NCBI GenBank assembly: GCA_964200185.2
Contig: CAXNAD020000050.1
Coordinates: forward strand, 1-35,577
Direction of reading: 5' to 3'
Length of the DNA stretch: 35,577 nucleotides
DNA from: Choristocarpus tenellus KU-1152
Lineage: Eukaryota; Protista; Phaeophyceae
Below, one piece after another: positions 1 to 13,100 of the stretch (positions are counted from its first letter, which is position 1; every line of letters starts with the position of its first letter). Position numbers and translations under genes: made by a program. Under the pieces are notes generated by a model. That model was not told the origin of the DNA. It searched no databases and was given only the letters and a program-made list of their open reading frames with translations.

Positions 1-1
1 C

Positions 2-400
2 CTGCAGTCCATTGATAGCATATGTCGTCGCATGGTGCAGATACGGATCCACACCCGCCGAGGAATACTCCAATGACAGTACCCTCAAATGTTCTTTCGC
101 CACTAATGCATCCCTCCATCCCGACGAGAGAGCGTGCGTGAGAAACGTTTTGCTCCATTTCCTCCACGTCCCTGGTTCCCCCTTAAACGCAGGTTGTTTC
201 AAAGAGTACTGTTTCAATTTCGAGGCAAATACGGGTCTAGCCTCCATGGCCACCGTATCATTTGCCCCAGCCCTAGCCTCGCCCCCTTGCGAAGCTGATG
301 TCCCATCATGTATCACACACCCCTCCCGGGTCATAGACATTTCATCTATTCCGTCCTCTATGAAGTTAAGACTTGGACCGATTCTTGATCTGGGCATCAT
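2..400 (-). CDS. N-terminus of an LTR-retrotransposon Gag(-Pol) ORF, Ty1/copia-like; runs off the left edge of the window
   Basis: Hand translation from ATG at 400 gives 133 open codons (MMPRSRIG...LKQPAFKGEPGTWRKWSKTFLTHALSSGWRDALVA...). The PxFxG...WxxW...F pattern resembles copia Gag N-termini. It lies just inside a putative LTR and is absent from the ORF track because it has no stop in the window. Confidence 0.7.
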   Translation of the reverse strand, partial: MMPRSRIGPSLNFIEDGIDEMSMTREGCVIHDGTSASQGGEARAGANDTVAMEARPVFASKLKQYSLKQPAFKGEPGTWRKWSKTFLTHALSSGWRDALVAKEHLRVLSLEYSSAGVDPYLHHATTYAINGLQ

Positions 401-482
401 GATTTATCTTGACTCCTTCCTGGTGATAGCTAAAATCCAAGTAAAATAACTACGCAAGCACGCTTAATAGGGTACTATAGCA

Positions 483-830
483 TGTTAAGCTGTCCTTGAC
501 GATCTGTTGTCCCACACAACTAGTTATATTATTGTTTACTAACTTGTACCACAGTTGAGAAGAGAGTGAGATACCTGTACTAGGTGGGGCTCACCAGTCC
601 TTACATTGAATGACTCAGAATATCGAATGACTCAACGTTTCTCTAGTACACGTCAGAAACACTCCGATTCTAATAGTTCGCCGATTACTTCTGGTCAAAT
701 ACCCTAACCCTAAACATCCCGAATGTCCCGCATTATCTTCTGTGCATACATAAAATAATACTCCAAATCATATTCTCACAAATGGTCAAGCATAATCTTG
801 ACACAACTATTGATAATATTGTTCTAAACA
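483..830 (-). mobile_element. Putative 5' LTR (348 bp) of the copia-like element
   Basis: On the minus strand it starts TGTTTAG (830) and ends CTTAACA (483): TG...CA ends with a near-inverted 7-mer, 82 bp upstream of the Gag ATG. The second LTR and target-site duplication are outside the window, so the boundaries are inferred. Confidence 0.55.
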
Positions 831-1176
831 GCACTATAAGGGTGAGGAATCTTTGTGTACTCAATAGTACTCAATATTACTTGGAAGTAGATGCTTTGTA
901 ATCCTTGGATAGAGGTGAATAAGACACACAATCACAAGGGCAACCAAAATCCACTGAAAAGTCACCATCAGATCATTTTCTGACTCTATCCAACCACTTC
1001 CTTTCATGCCCCATATTGATGTACTCCGGAGTATATATGGGTGTCAGATACATGAACAGGCCCATTCAATGTCAGTGCTCGGTCATGCTTCTACACAATA
1101 TTTGTTTGTCTGGTCATGTGTTTCGCCCCCTCTCCTGTTCCTCATATTCCGTCTCCCCTGCTTTTTTTCCCCACAG

Positions 1177-4100
1177 GCTGCTGGTGTGAATACAGGATCT
1201 CCTGCAGAGGTGTACGCATTTTTTATTGAAAGGGCTCGCACCAATCTGCATGTTGTACTGTGCTTAAGTCCTATAGGCGACGCCTTCCGCACTCGCCTCC
1301 GCATGTTTCCCTCATTAGTGAACTGCTGTACAATTGACTGGTGAGTACATGTACATGGCATATAGCACATATAGTACAGAGTACATAGTACATGATGTAT
1401 AGTACATAGTACATGTTGCTGTAGGGCACAAATGAAAGATCAAGGGAAGAGCACTCTTGAGAAGATATTGCTATTTATCAGTCCCTTGAGATCCTCTCTT
1501 CCTATCTCAATAAATTATAACTCAGGTTTACAGCTTGGCCACAGGAGGCACTCAAGAGTGTTGCACGGCACTTCCTTGATGCTGTAGACATGGAGGAGGA
1601 TATAAAGACTGGTGTTGTGGATGTTTGTGTTGACATGCAGCAAAGAATACGAGATATGACTCTTAGGTACAAAACTGAGATGGGGAGATTCTACTACGTT
1701 ACCCCTACATCCTATCTCGAGTTGATCAATACCTTTAAGGTGAGTTGTGATATTTTCACGTTCTATGCACAATGTACACAATCACACATAAAAGACTTTG
1801 GGGTTCAGTCTCGGAGATGGGATGTACAGAAACAATCGTAAAACAGATACTATATTTGGGAGGAACTTCTTCATAACTTCATTGAAAAAAGCATGTATCA
1901 CAATGACTATGCAAGGTATTGATACTGTTCTTGCAGCACCGGCACATGCCTTGAGTTCATCACAGGGAAATGCAGTTCCTGCTTGAAGTGTGTGTCGTGT
2001 GTGCATGTGTTCCCTGGCTAACACCACTTCTCCTATTGACGTTTGCATTTGCAAAAGAATCTTCTCAATCGTCAAAGGAGAAGTGTCTTAGACAGCAAGG
2101 AGCGCTATGACAATGGACTGCTCAAGCTGGCAGACACTGAGGAGCAGGTGGCTCAGATGCAGGTGGATTTGGAGGAGCTTCAGCCCAAGCTCAAGGAAGC
2201 AACCATTGCCACAGATGAACTCCTCATTCAAATCGCAAAGGACACTGAAGTGGCCAATGAGAAGAAGGAGGTTGTTGAGAACGAGGCAAGTTGGAGACTT
2301 TCCTACTCATATCTTCTACATATCGAATGGTGTAACACTTCCCTCACTGTGCGACATGGTATAACCACAGAATTGTCTCTCACACCTCAGGAAGTAATTT
2401 GCAATGCTAAAGCTGAAGAATCACGGACCCTGAAGGCATCTTGTGAGGCAGATCTTGCAGAGGCCCTTCCAGCACTAGAAGCAGCAATATCTGCTCTGAA
2501 GAGTCTTTCGAAGGGAGATATTGTGGAGGTATGCTAAATGGGAAAAAGGGGAAAAACAATTACAGTGACTTGTTTCTCTCAGAAGTTTATTTTATTCTTC
2601 AAATATTCCATGAATCTACAGTTACATACTCAACTCAATCCCGTAACACTTATTTATGTTTGATGTTTTGTCTTCCACAAATCCTGAGGTTACAGCTCCA
2701 ATAGCAATTCCAGGTTGTATTATCGCTTCCGCCCACTATGTCTGCTTTGTCTGGAAAGGTGAAAGTAATGAAAAAGCCACCACAAGCAGTAAAGCTTGTC
2801 ATGGAGGCAGTGTGTATCATGATGGGTGTGAAGGCAGAAAAAGTAAAGGACCCAAATGGGGGTACCAAAAAAATAGATGATTACTGGGGGGCAGCCCAAA
2901 AACACCTCCTAGGCGATTCAAGATTTTTACAGAACCTCATGGATTACGACAAGGACAACATGGATGCTGTAATGGTTGAGAAGGTGCAGTGGCTTGTAAA
3001 AACCGTATGGAGCTAAGTTGTTAGAGTGTGCTTGTCAATCGATTATGTATGTATGCTTCTCTTTTGCAAAGCATTGCACATGCATCGACACTGTCATTAG
3101 TAAGGGCAGGTTCACAATCAAATATTGTACATGGCTCATAAAATCCATGTCACTCCCTCACTTACATACACATGATAGGTCAAGACAGCCTATACTGATG
3201 ATGCTGACTTTGACCCAGACAAAGTGAAAAAAGGATCCCTAGCCGCAGCTGGGCTTTGTAAGTGGGTGCATGCTATGGTGGTGTACAATAGAGTGGCACT
3301 CATGGTAGGGCCCAAGCGTGCAGCCCTTGCAGAAGCAGAATCCACACTAGCACAGGCCATGTCAGAATTGGGAGAGAAGCAAGACATGGTGAAGGTGAGC
3401 TGTCATTATAACCATTCCTTCGCATAGTATAACCATACATACATGCAAGAGTATATGGGCAGCATTGATAACAACTTTCTGAAATGCATTGTACACACTT
3501 CTATCCTCCTACAATCTACAGGAACTTATGGACAAGCTTGCCACACTTCAGCAGCAGCTCAGTGAGGCTGAGCAAAAAAAGGTGGCTCTGCAAGATCAGG
3601 TATAATCCACTGTTAAGGTTTCATTCGGACATCGCAGTGTAAAAGGTTAATATATGTAACCTCAACCATTACATCAAAGACTTCTATGCACAATTTCGAC
3701 CTTGAGCTCTGTAGCATGAGAGATTTTCTTAACATGTGGCTGAAGGAAGAAATTGTTGATGTATATATATATATGAATCCACTGTAATCATGGGAGAACT
3801 TCAAAAAGAGGTGAATGACAAGCAAATTGGAGAAGATGAGGCCCAACACCTAGAAATAACCCTGTCAAGTCTTCAGCTGGAAGGGTAACACAATCTTGTA
3901 GTATCCCTCCAATGCCAAACTCTCTTATCACTTCCATTAATTCTTTTCCTCAGAAACATAGAGAACTGAGAATATTGAGAGAGAGAGAAAATATGTACGT
4001 ACCTATTTCCAGTGTGTACCTCATTGTGTTACTGAGCCTTGAGAGTACTGCTGTGCCCTATAGACTGTAACTGGACAAATGAGTTCAACCCAACCTTCCC

Positions 4101-7100
4101 CTTCCATTGTGAAAATGACCTTATCAACCCTTGTTGATGACTATAGACTCTGAGTGCATCCACACAGCACGTTCCAGCTCAAACTATTTTGATACTGGCA
4201 CTCAATCACCAAACCAGATTACTCTATGCCTTCAAAAGTGGGGGGTGGGGGCAACCACCCTACACATGCCATGCATTTGCTACAGTATTGCTTCCAGGTT
4301 GTTGGGTACCAAAATACTTCTTGTCCACAAACCAGACCTTCTTCCCATGGTCCTCCTCATGAGTGAGACAATGATCTGACAATAACCACAAAGTACTCGC
4401 ATACCCACAGACAGGGCCACGAGGGTGTTGGCTTGTAGTTTCTATTGTCAAGGCCAACTCTAATATAGGTCTTGACTTTTCAATACTGAGAAGCTGGTTG
4501 ATTGTCTACTATCAATTTAGGTTTGACTTTCATGCACTCCAGTAAATGCATGGTGTACAAGGCTAATCCTACACATTGTATTACTTAGGACAACACTTAA
4601 ATACGAGATTTGCATCCATTGCTATTTCTTCCCAGGAACACAGAAAAACTTGACTATTGGATCTTACCCTGCCAATTACTCTGGACTATCTTGTTTGTCT
4701 GCCCTGGTAATCTGAATTTTGTTGATGTCCAAGCTAAAAAGCAACCCTCTCCTTAGTAAGAGTTTGGTGGAGTTTCTGCAAGCTCTAAATTTAAAAATGT
4801 AACACTACGTACGGAGGGGGTTGGTTCTCTTGCACTGAGAAGTCCACGTCCACTGTGACAGTTACCATCCAAGTTGGTGTTGTGTTACAATGACATGTTT
4901 TCTATGTTTAATTTGTATGTGGTACACATTACGTATGTTGTTCAATTTTTATTGTGTACCATTATTGCATGCGCAAAATACCACTCCACATTTGTTAGCG
5001 CCTTGTGCATGATGACAACTTAGAGGCCATGAATGAAATCAATATAGGATAAAACAGTAAGGTTCAAGACCAGCACACCACAACAATAAAAAAACATAGC
5101 CATATGTTGATGTTTTAGACTAGAGTTTGCGACTTGGCTGCTGTAGTCAGCCTCCATCATATGTCACCTTTGTGATGAAGTGACATCACTAAACTGTTAC
5201 TTCCTGCCAGTCCCATCCAGGCCATTTGATCTTGATAGTCTTCCAAGCAAAATCTAATGAAGTCTAAACTGACTATCTCCATACCTCTGCCAAGAACTGG
5301 ACCTGTGTTGAAGCTGTTGTGTCTTGATCAATATCAATATATGCACTTGAGAGTACTCAATATTTTGTATGTTGTCCTTCACGTTCTCCCTCATAGTAGA
5401 TGACTACCTAACATTTTCTTTGACCAGGTTACTGACTGTGGGAACAAGCTCCGACGTGCGGAACAGCTAATTTCAGGTCTTGGAGGAGAGAAGACCAGCT
5501 GGGGGCATTTCTCAACTGAGCTTCAAGAGAAGTACATGAATGTGACAGGTGAGGAAGCCTCAATTTTGCCAATGTTGTAGTGAGTACAAAGAACAGCAAG
5601 AACACACTTTTCTCACACAGTACACTAGAGCGTGAAAGTGCACTGTATTTGTTAAACTGCTGCTTGTTTGTATTCATATATAAGCTATAATGTAGGCCTG
5701 GTTTTATGGACTCCTCAGGTGACATCATATTGTCATCTGGGGTAATCGCATACATGGGTGCCTTCACGGCTGCCTATCGCGACCTGGCCATTCTAGAATG
5801 GTCCAAACTTCTGAGCGAAAAGAACATACCATGCAACAAGGCCTTCACTCTGGGAGTGACACTGGGTGATGCAGTTAAGATCCGAGCATGGGTTATTAAC
5901 AAACTCCCAAACGACAGTTTTAGCATTGACAATGGGATCATGCTTTTCGAAAGCAACCGGTGGCCGCTGATGATTGACCCACAAGGACAGGCAAATAAAT
6001 GGGTAAAGAAGATGGAGGAAGAGAATCAGCTCAAGGTTGTCAAACAAAATCAGGTGACTCTTGATCAGCGACTGCTGCCTTTGAATAATGGTATAGTATC
6101 ATAGTGTTGTTTGTAAGTGCTCTGCATGCTGTTAAAGCCTGTCCTATTTGTCAAGTCCTCTGTCTGCATAGAAAAATTCAGTAGACTTGTCTGAGGTCTA
6201 CATATTTGGCTTTCTACCTGATGCTACATATTGTTCAATTTTGTAGTGATCTTCTCTGTTTCTTTGCCCATTCACTTTCCACTCAGGCCAACTTTGTCCG
6301 CACAATTGAGAATGCCATCCAATTTGGCTCTCCAATTCTACTGGAGAATGTTCCAGAAGGGTTGGACCCTGTGCTTGAACCTGTACTACTCAAGCAAATA
6401 GTCACCATTGGTGGGGTTGCAACTATTCGTTTGGGCGACAACAGTGTGGAATACGACCCTAATTTCCGGCTTTACATAACAACAAAGCTAACAAACCCCC
6501 ACTACCCACCGGAGCTATGTGTCAAGGTGAGGAGTATAGCCAGTACTCCGGAGAACTCTGAAGGAAGTATCTGCCTCTCTCTGAAAATTCTGAGGCTGGG
6601 TACACTTTTTGCTCTTGGCTCTAACCCTAACACAGAACATGCAGCTCCCAACATAATCACTCAGATGCTCAGAAGTACCCAACAACATAAACTATCGCCT
6701 ACTCAATCCACATCCCTAACCTTACCCATAACCTTTTCGACCTTACAGGTTAATCTGCTGAATTTCATGGCAACACAAGAAGGGTTGGAGGATCAAATGC
6801 TGGGAATAACAGTAGCTCAGGAAGAGACTGAACTTGAAGCAAGAAGGGAACAGCTTGTACTTGAAGATGCAGAAAATAAGCGTGTGCAGAAGGAAATTGA
6901 GGATACAATCCTTGACCTACTCAAGAACAGTGAGGGCAACATTTTGGATGATGAGGCAAGACTCAGTCAGGCACTTGTTGGTACTCCATTATATTTATAG
7001 GAAAATTGGCCTCTTGCACTATGAATATGCAAGGTGAAGAACACACAAGAACATAGGCATAACTTGTGTATATGCAGCTGTGGGATCTTGACCAAAATGT

Positions 7101-10100
7101 TGTTCTGAGTATTCCTATGTAACAAAATAAAATTTAAATGACTTTGCAGGTGCTGATAGAGACCCTTGCACAGTCCAAGGTGACTTCAAACAATATAGAG
7201 CGCAAAGTGAAGGAAGCCGCCAAGACACAGGAGATCATTGCAAAGTCTCGGACTGGCTATATCCCTATCGCATTTCGTGCTTCGCAGCTCTTTTTTTGCA
7301 TTGCTGATTTAGCTACAGTTGACCCTATGTACCAGGTGAGGAATTTGCTCAGATGGTTTGCTCTCAAAATTGAATGATACTATCCTGGTGATATGCAAAC
7401 TTTATTGCCTTCCAAGTGCTATCTTGAAGAACACACTTGAGTCATGAAGTCACCAAAGCTTGGTTATAACCCAGCCATCTCACTTTGATGGTCTACATGC
7501 ATCTTGATCAGGGATAAGAGTTTTATCCCCAATATTACAGGTATCAACATCAATTCACAAAAACCATTGTTGATACTCTGAAGCAAGCAGGAATTGGTGT
7601 GCCAACAAAAGGAAGACAGATTAGAATTATTATGTGACAATATTGATTTTCCATTCCAGTCTGGAATTGGAACCATACTTGTGAACTCTAGAGCACAAAT
7701 GAAAATGCTGTAGGGAGGAGTATATACATCAACAATGCGCTCAAGTTAAAAGAACATTTACTATGGATCCAGGGCAACATATACTTGCTCCAGAATTTTC
7801 AATAAAAGTATCCAATCATTTGACATTGTGTTTTTTTCCTTGAAGAAATGACAATCAGTTAATTGCACATCTGTCCAAAAACGCTTGGAGTGTGCGATTT
7901 GATTTGTTGTGAACACTCCCTTGCCCCACAAGCTCATCAAGTGAGTAATCAATTGTTTTGCTCCTGCAATAAGTTTGAGGTGATGACACGTATCAACTGC
8001 AGTACACGATTTCAATGACCAGACAAGCTTTGAAAGCTCTATTATTACTGAGAAACCAGTAGAATATACAAGAGGGAGGGCCACAGGCTATTACATGTCC
8101 CCTGATGTATCAAAGTACCTGACTTGCAAATTTGTGTTATAGTATAGATCATGTTGGATAAGCATCCCTTGCAAACCTACCTCACAGGAATATGTTTGTC
8201 AGAAATACTGAATTGCAGTGTGTTTCAAATGACTTTGACAGTTGCGGGTTGGAATAATATAATTCTTGCTAGAATTGATCTGGATTCAATACTTGTTGAT
8301 GATACAAATTCATGTTTGTGACATAGCTAATTGCAGCCCATATCATGCTCACCTTACAGTCTAAGGTCCAGATGACTTTACACTTTCAGGCAAGTGTCAG
8401 AAGACAATGCATCCAATTTCTTCTCAATTCTAACCCTTTTCTTGCCTACCACTTTCTCCATATGCTCATTGGTCTCCAGTACTCCCTGGAATGGTTCATC
8501 AATTTGTTTGAGGCAGCTATTGACAAGGCCACCAAAACGCCTGTGCTGGAGGATCGCATCAAGAAACTCATTGATTGCTTCACCTTCATGCTATACACAA
8601 ATGTATGCCGCAGTCTCTTTGAGAAAGACAAGTTGCTATTTTCTTTCCTGTTGGCAGTAAAGATCATGCAGGGGGAGAAGCGAATCGATGGCGATGAAGT
8701 CCGTTTCTTTCTTCAGGGAACAACAAGTTTGGACCTTGAGCAGCCTAACCCCATCCCTGGAGGGTGGCTATCAGACAAGTCGTGGGGTGACATTATTGCT
8801 ATGGACAAACTATCTGAAGCATCTGGTATTGTGAACGATGTTACCTCTGACTTGGCTTCTTGGGAGCAAGTGTTCAATGATGAGGATCCTCTCACCAGGA
8901 TTCATGAGGTTGTTGGTGACAAGTACCATCGATTCCAGAAGCTGTGCATATTACGAGCTATTCGTCCTGACATGGTAGTTCCTGGTGCACAGAGCTTTGT
9001 AGCAGAGGTGAGAAGAATAAGGCTCTAATTGTTGAAGAAAACATGTACTGAGCATTGCACTTTCTGTTTTATTGGGCTTTAGGTTTGGTTCACCACAGAC
9101 GAGCAGTGTTGAGGAAGCACATGTTCACTTTGAGAACACTGGACGAGACCAGAGTTGTACATGAGTCGGGGGGGAAAAACATACGGCAGCTGTAAGGCTT
9201 TAGGCGGTTGGTCAAGGGGGTGCTGGTGCAGTATTTGAAGGTTGACTGATATTTGCATGGAAATTATTGCTTTCCTGTAGGGACAACCTAGGGTGGAGAA
9301 ATCAGCGATCAGTGATTAACTTTGTATGCCTCCAAAATACAGATTAGAAGCCAATGTAGCTTTTTCATGACCTTGAGTAGTTTGTTCCTCTTGTGCAGTC
9401 CTTTCCTTTTAATGCAGGTCCAGCAGGTACAATCCCCTGACATTCTGTGTTTCACATTTGGTGATTGAAACTCTTCATACTTGGGAACAGTGTCGTTTTG
9501 ATGTCAGGAAAGGAATGGCATTGCCATTACCTGATCACTCAACCACTTATCTCACCAACAGTATCTATGTGTCTGTACTTATGTTGAGCGATGATGACAT
9601 GGAAGGTGATATATAATGGCAACTTTTCTACATGTGGTGTCTGTAAACTATCTATACCTGTGCAAGGAATGATAATCCCTCAAGCCCCCCTTGCTGCTAC
9701 ATATTTTATTTTTCCTTGTGAACATTGCAGGAAATGGGTACAGATTACATTGAGCCTCCACCATTCGACCTGATGGCATGCTATAAGGATTCCAACTGCT
9801 CAACCCCACTCATCTTTGTCCTCACACCTGGTGCTGACCCAATGACTGAGCTACTGCGTGTGGCGGATGAATTGGGGTTTGGTGGCAAGAAGCTAACATC
9901 CATCAGCCTGGGGCAAGGGCAAGGTCCTTTTGCTGAGGTATTTGTTGCCTGTTTTAATTTCTGTAGTACAAAGCATTAAACAGCATTTTCTATATTTTGA
10001 CATGTCACTCATGTCTTCCAATAGTTGGCATTGAACAAATCCCACCAAGTGCTTATAACACATTGTTGTTTCTCCGTCAGAATGCTATCTCTGAAGCTGC

Positions 10101-13100
10101 AGATGGAGGGGCATGGGTGTGCCTTCAGAACTGCCACTTATGCATATCTTGGATGCCTACACTGGAACGCATATGCGAAGAATTGACACCAAATAGAGTG
10201 CACGAAACCTTCCGCTTGTGGCTGACCTCCGAGCCTAGCCCACATTTCCCTTCATACATCCTTCAAAATGGTGTTAAGATGACAAACGAACCTCCGAAGG
10301 CAAGTCCAACGTTGTATTTGCAACTATATGATGACTGGGAGGCAACACAGAAGGAAGAACAAAAGATATTTACTTTGTAATGTTTGAATAGCAATGGAAA
10401 ACTGATTGCTTCATGCATAATCCTGGTGAATGGGTTAGCCAAATGTGGACAATGTCCTATCCAACTCAGGATTGCAATTGTTAGTAAACGTTCTTGGCAT
10501 CCTCCTGCCTTACTTACCACTCATGGCACAGGGCATGCGAGCAAATCTTTTGGGGTCTTTCTACAGCATTGAGGAGGACTGGTTCAATTCATGTACCAGA
10601 TCATCAGAGTTCAAGAAGATGCTCTTTGGTCTAACGTTCTTCCATGCAACTGTGCGTGAGCGCAGGAAGTTTGGTCCTCTCGGATGGAATATTCAGGTGT
10701 GTTGAGTTCTCTATCACATTCTCCTTTCCAGATGAATCCTCATGTAAGATCATCTCCAAATGTGTTCCCGTCAACATAACCAAGGACAATGTACAGATTA
10801 ATCTCATACTGCACCTTTCTTTCCCTTCTTGCCACTTACAGTATATATTCTCTGGCCCTGACTTGCGGATATCTATGGATCAATTGCGCATATTCCTTGA
10901 CAATTTGAGAGAAGAGGATGAAGTGCCCTATGCAGCATTGGCATATCTTGCTGGTGAATGTAACTACGGCGGAAGGGTGACAGACGACAAGGACCGCCGC
11001 TGTCTTGTGAACATCCTGACAGATTTCTATTGCCCAGAGATATTAGAAGATTCGTACAAGTTCAGGTAGGGTCTCACAGATCTTGAATGATCCCCTTGCA
11101 CTGTACTATCTCCCTTCAAAAGGGAAACAATGGCTGATCCATGCATCTCTCCAGGACACCAACAATAATCCAGAATTTCTACTCTATGTAAAATTAATCT
11201 ATTTGAAATGATCAGCTTGACTATAGACTTTCCGGGTATCCTAATCATGCTGTTGATCATTACTTGTAACAATACATGAGGAGTGTGTGTGTCTAGCACA
11301 TCCCTTTCCTGAACCCAGGGACGGATCAGGGCAGTCTCATGTGTGATAGCCCAGAACAACAATGAATTGTATTGAAGCTCAATATGTGATACACAAATTA
11401 CTTCAAAAGCACATATCAGAGTACCAGATCCTAAACACTATCATAAAACATATCCCTTGGAGAGTAACACCCAGGGTATCATATATAAAATTGTCACCAA
11501 TGATGGAAAGGTATGACTGTGAAAGAAACTGGTGACACTATGAAGTGTTGAGTGTGTACTGTAATTAGCATAAAAATATCTTGCAGTATACCTTACAACA
11601 TCACACCAATCAGCTGATTCCCCCCAATATTTGGTTGGTAGGAATCTCTGACAAAGCCTCAAAATCGTCAGCCTGGCGATATTTTGGTTATATTTGGCAC
11701 TATGCACACCATCTCACCAAATAGTTATTTTACCCAATTCCTCACTACTGCTCCTATGTAAACTAATAGTTAACATGAAACAGGACAACTCTTCTCCATA
11801 TTTGAATTTACAGTAGTGTTGTAAGCAATATACTACTAGTGCCAACACATTGCCACACCAAAAAGTGGTCCTACAGTCTCCATTCCATTAAATAATCCTC
11901 AGCACCACGCACATGGTTCAATCCATGCCATTACTGAAAAGCTTTTGTTGGTGCATTGCTGATATCTGTCCATGCTCCACCTCACTCTGTGCAGTCCAAG
12001 TGGCACATATTTTGCACCACCTGAGGGCTCAAAGGAAAGTTTTGTGGACTACATCAAAAGTCTTCCATTCAATGAAGGCCCAGAGGTGTTTGGACTACAT
12101 GCCAATGCCAATATATCGTGCGCACTGTCTGAGACTAACTCTCTATTGGATACAGCTTTAAGCCTGCAACCACGATCATCAGGAGGAAGTGGAAAGTCAT
12201 GGGATGAAATGCTGGGCGAACTGACTGAAGATATATCTACCCGTCTGCCACCAGCTTTTGACATTGAGCGAGCTCTGTTAGATTTCCCAGTGAGATACGA
12301 AGAATCAATGAATACAGTGCTCACACAAGAGCTGATCCGTTTCAATCGACTACGGAGCAGAATTGCCAAGTCTCTAGCAGAGGTAAAGAAGGCACTAAAA
12401 GGTCTGGTGGTTATGAGCAGCGAGCTGGAACAGATGGGCAACTCCATGGTTGTTGGAAAGGTTTGTAACACCTCCACAAGCTCTGATGAATGCTGGATGC
12501 GTATTCTACACAAACTTTAGTATGGCACTCAATTACTCCTTCAGCCTAGTGCTGGCGTGAGTAGGTGAGAACAACAAGAGGAAATGCCATAAAATTATAG
12601 TGATGGTGTTAAAGTAACACCTATCCTTCTATTTCAATGCAAGGTGCCAACTCTGTGGAGTGCTGTTGCCTACCCAAGCTTGATGCCTCTAGGCTCATGG
12701 GTGACAGACTTTCTTCAAAGGCTGGAGTTTTTGGGTCAATGGATGGAGAATGGCGTAGCTCCCCCTGTTTTCTGGCTTAGTGGTTTTTTCTTCACGCAGG
12801 CTTTCATCACTGGAACACTACAGAACTATGCAAGAAAACACCAGGTAACAAAACTTATTTCCAGAAAATGCCGTGTCTAGTCTACTCATTTTAGTCTTGG
12901 TAGACTGTTCAATGGCCCCAGAGGTTGATTTCAAGGTGCATTGACTTTCCCAAGTGCATAGTTTTGGCATATAGTCTACATACTTTGCATCGAGTCTGTC
13001 TAGCCTAATTCTCCACTGTGGTCCAGGACCTGAACATTTAGCCCCATATCCAGCAGGGATGTTCAGATCCTCTTGTATTGGCTCAGTATTTATTTGGTTC

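Noticed and set aside
12-449. 145-aa plus-strand ORF
   Set aside because: Antisense shadow of the minus-strand Gag ORF; non-ATG start and no recognisable motif.
4131-4457. Short ORFs in the 1.8-kb dynein intron, and similar ones at 18625-19646 and 23748-24012
   Set aside because: Possibly decayed repeats, but no motif I can identify.
12049-12513. 154-aa minus-strand ORF and similar antisense ORFs over dynein exons
   Set aside because: Explained by codon structure of the sense exons.
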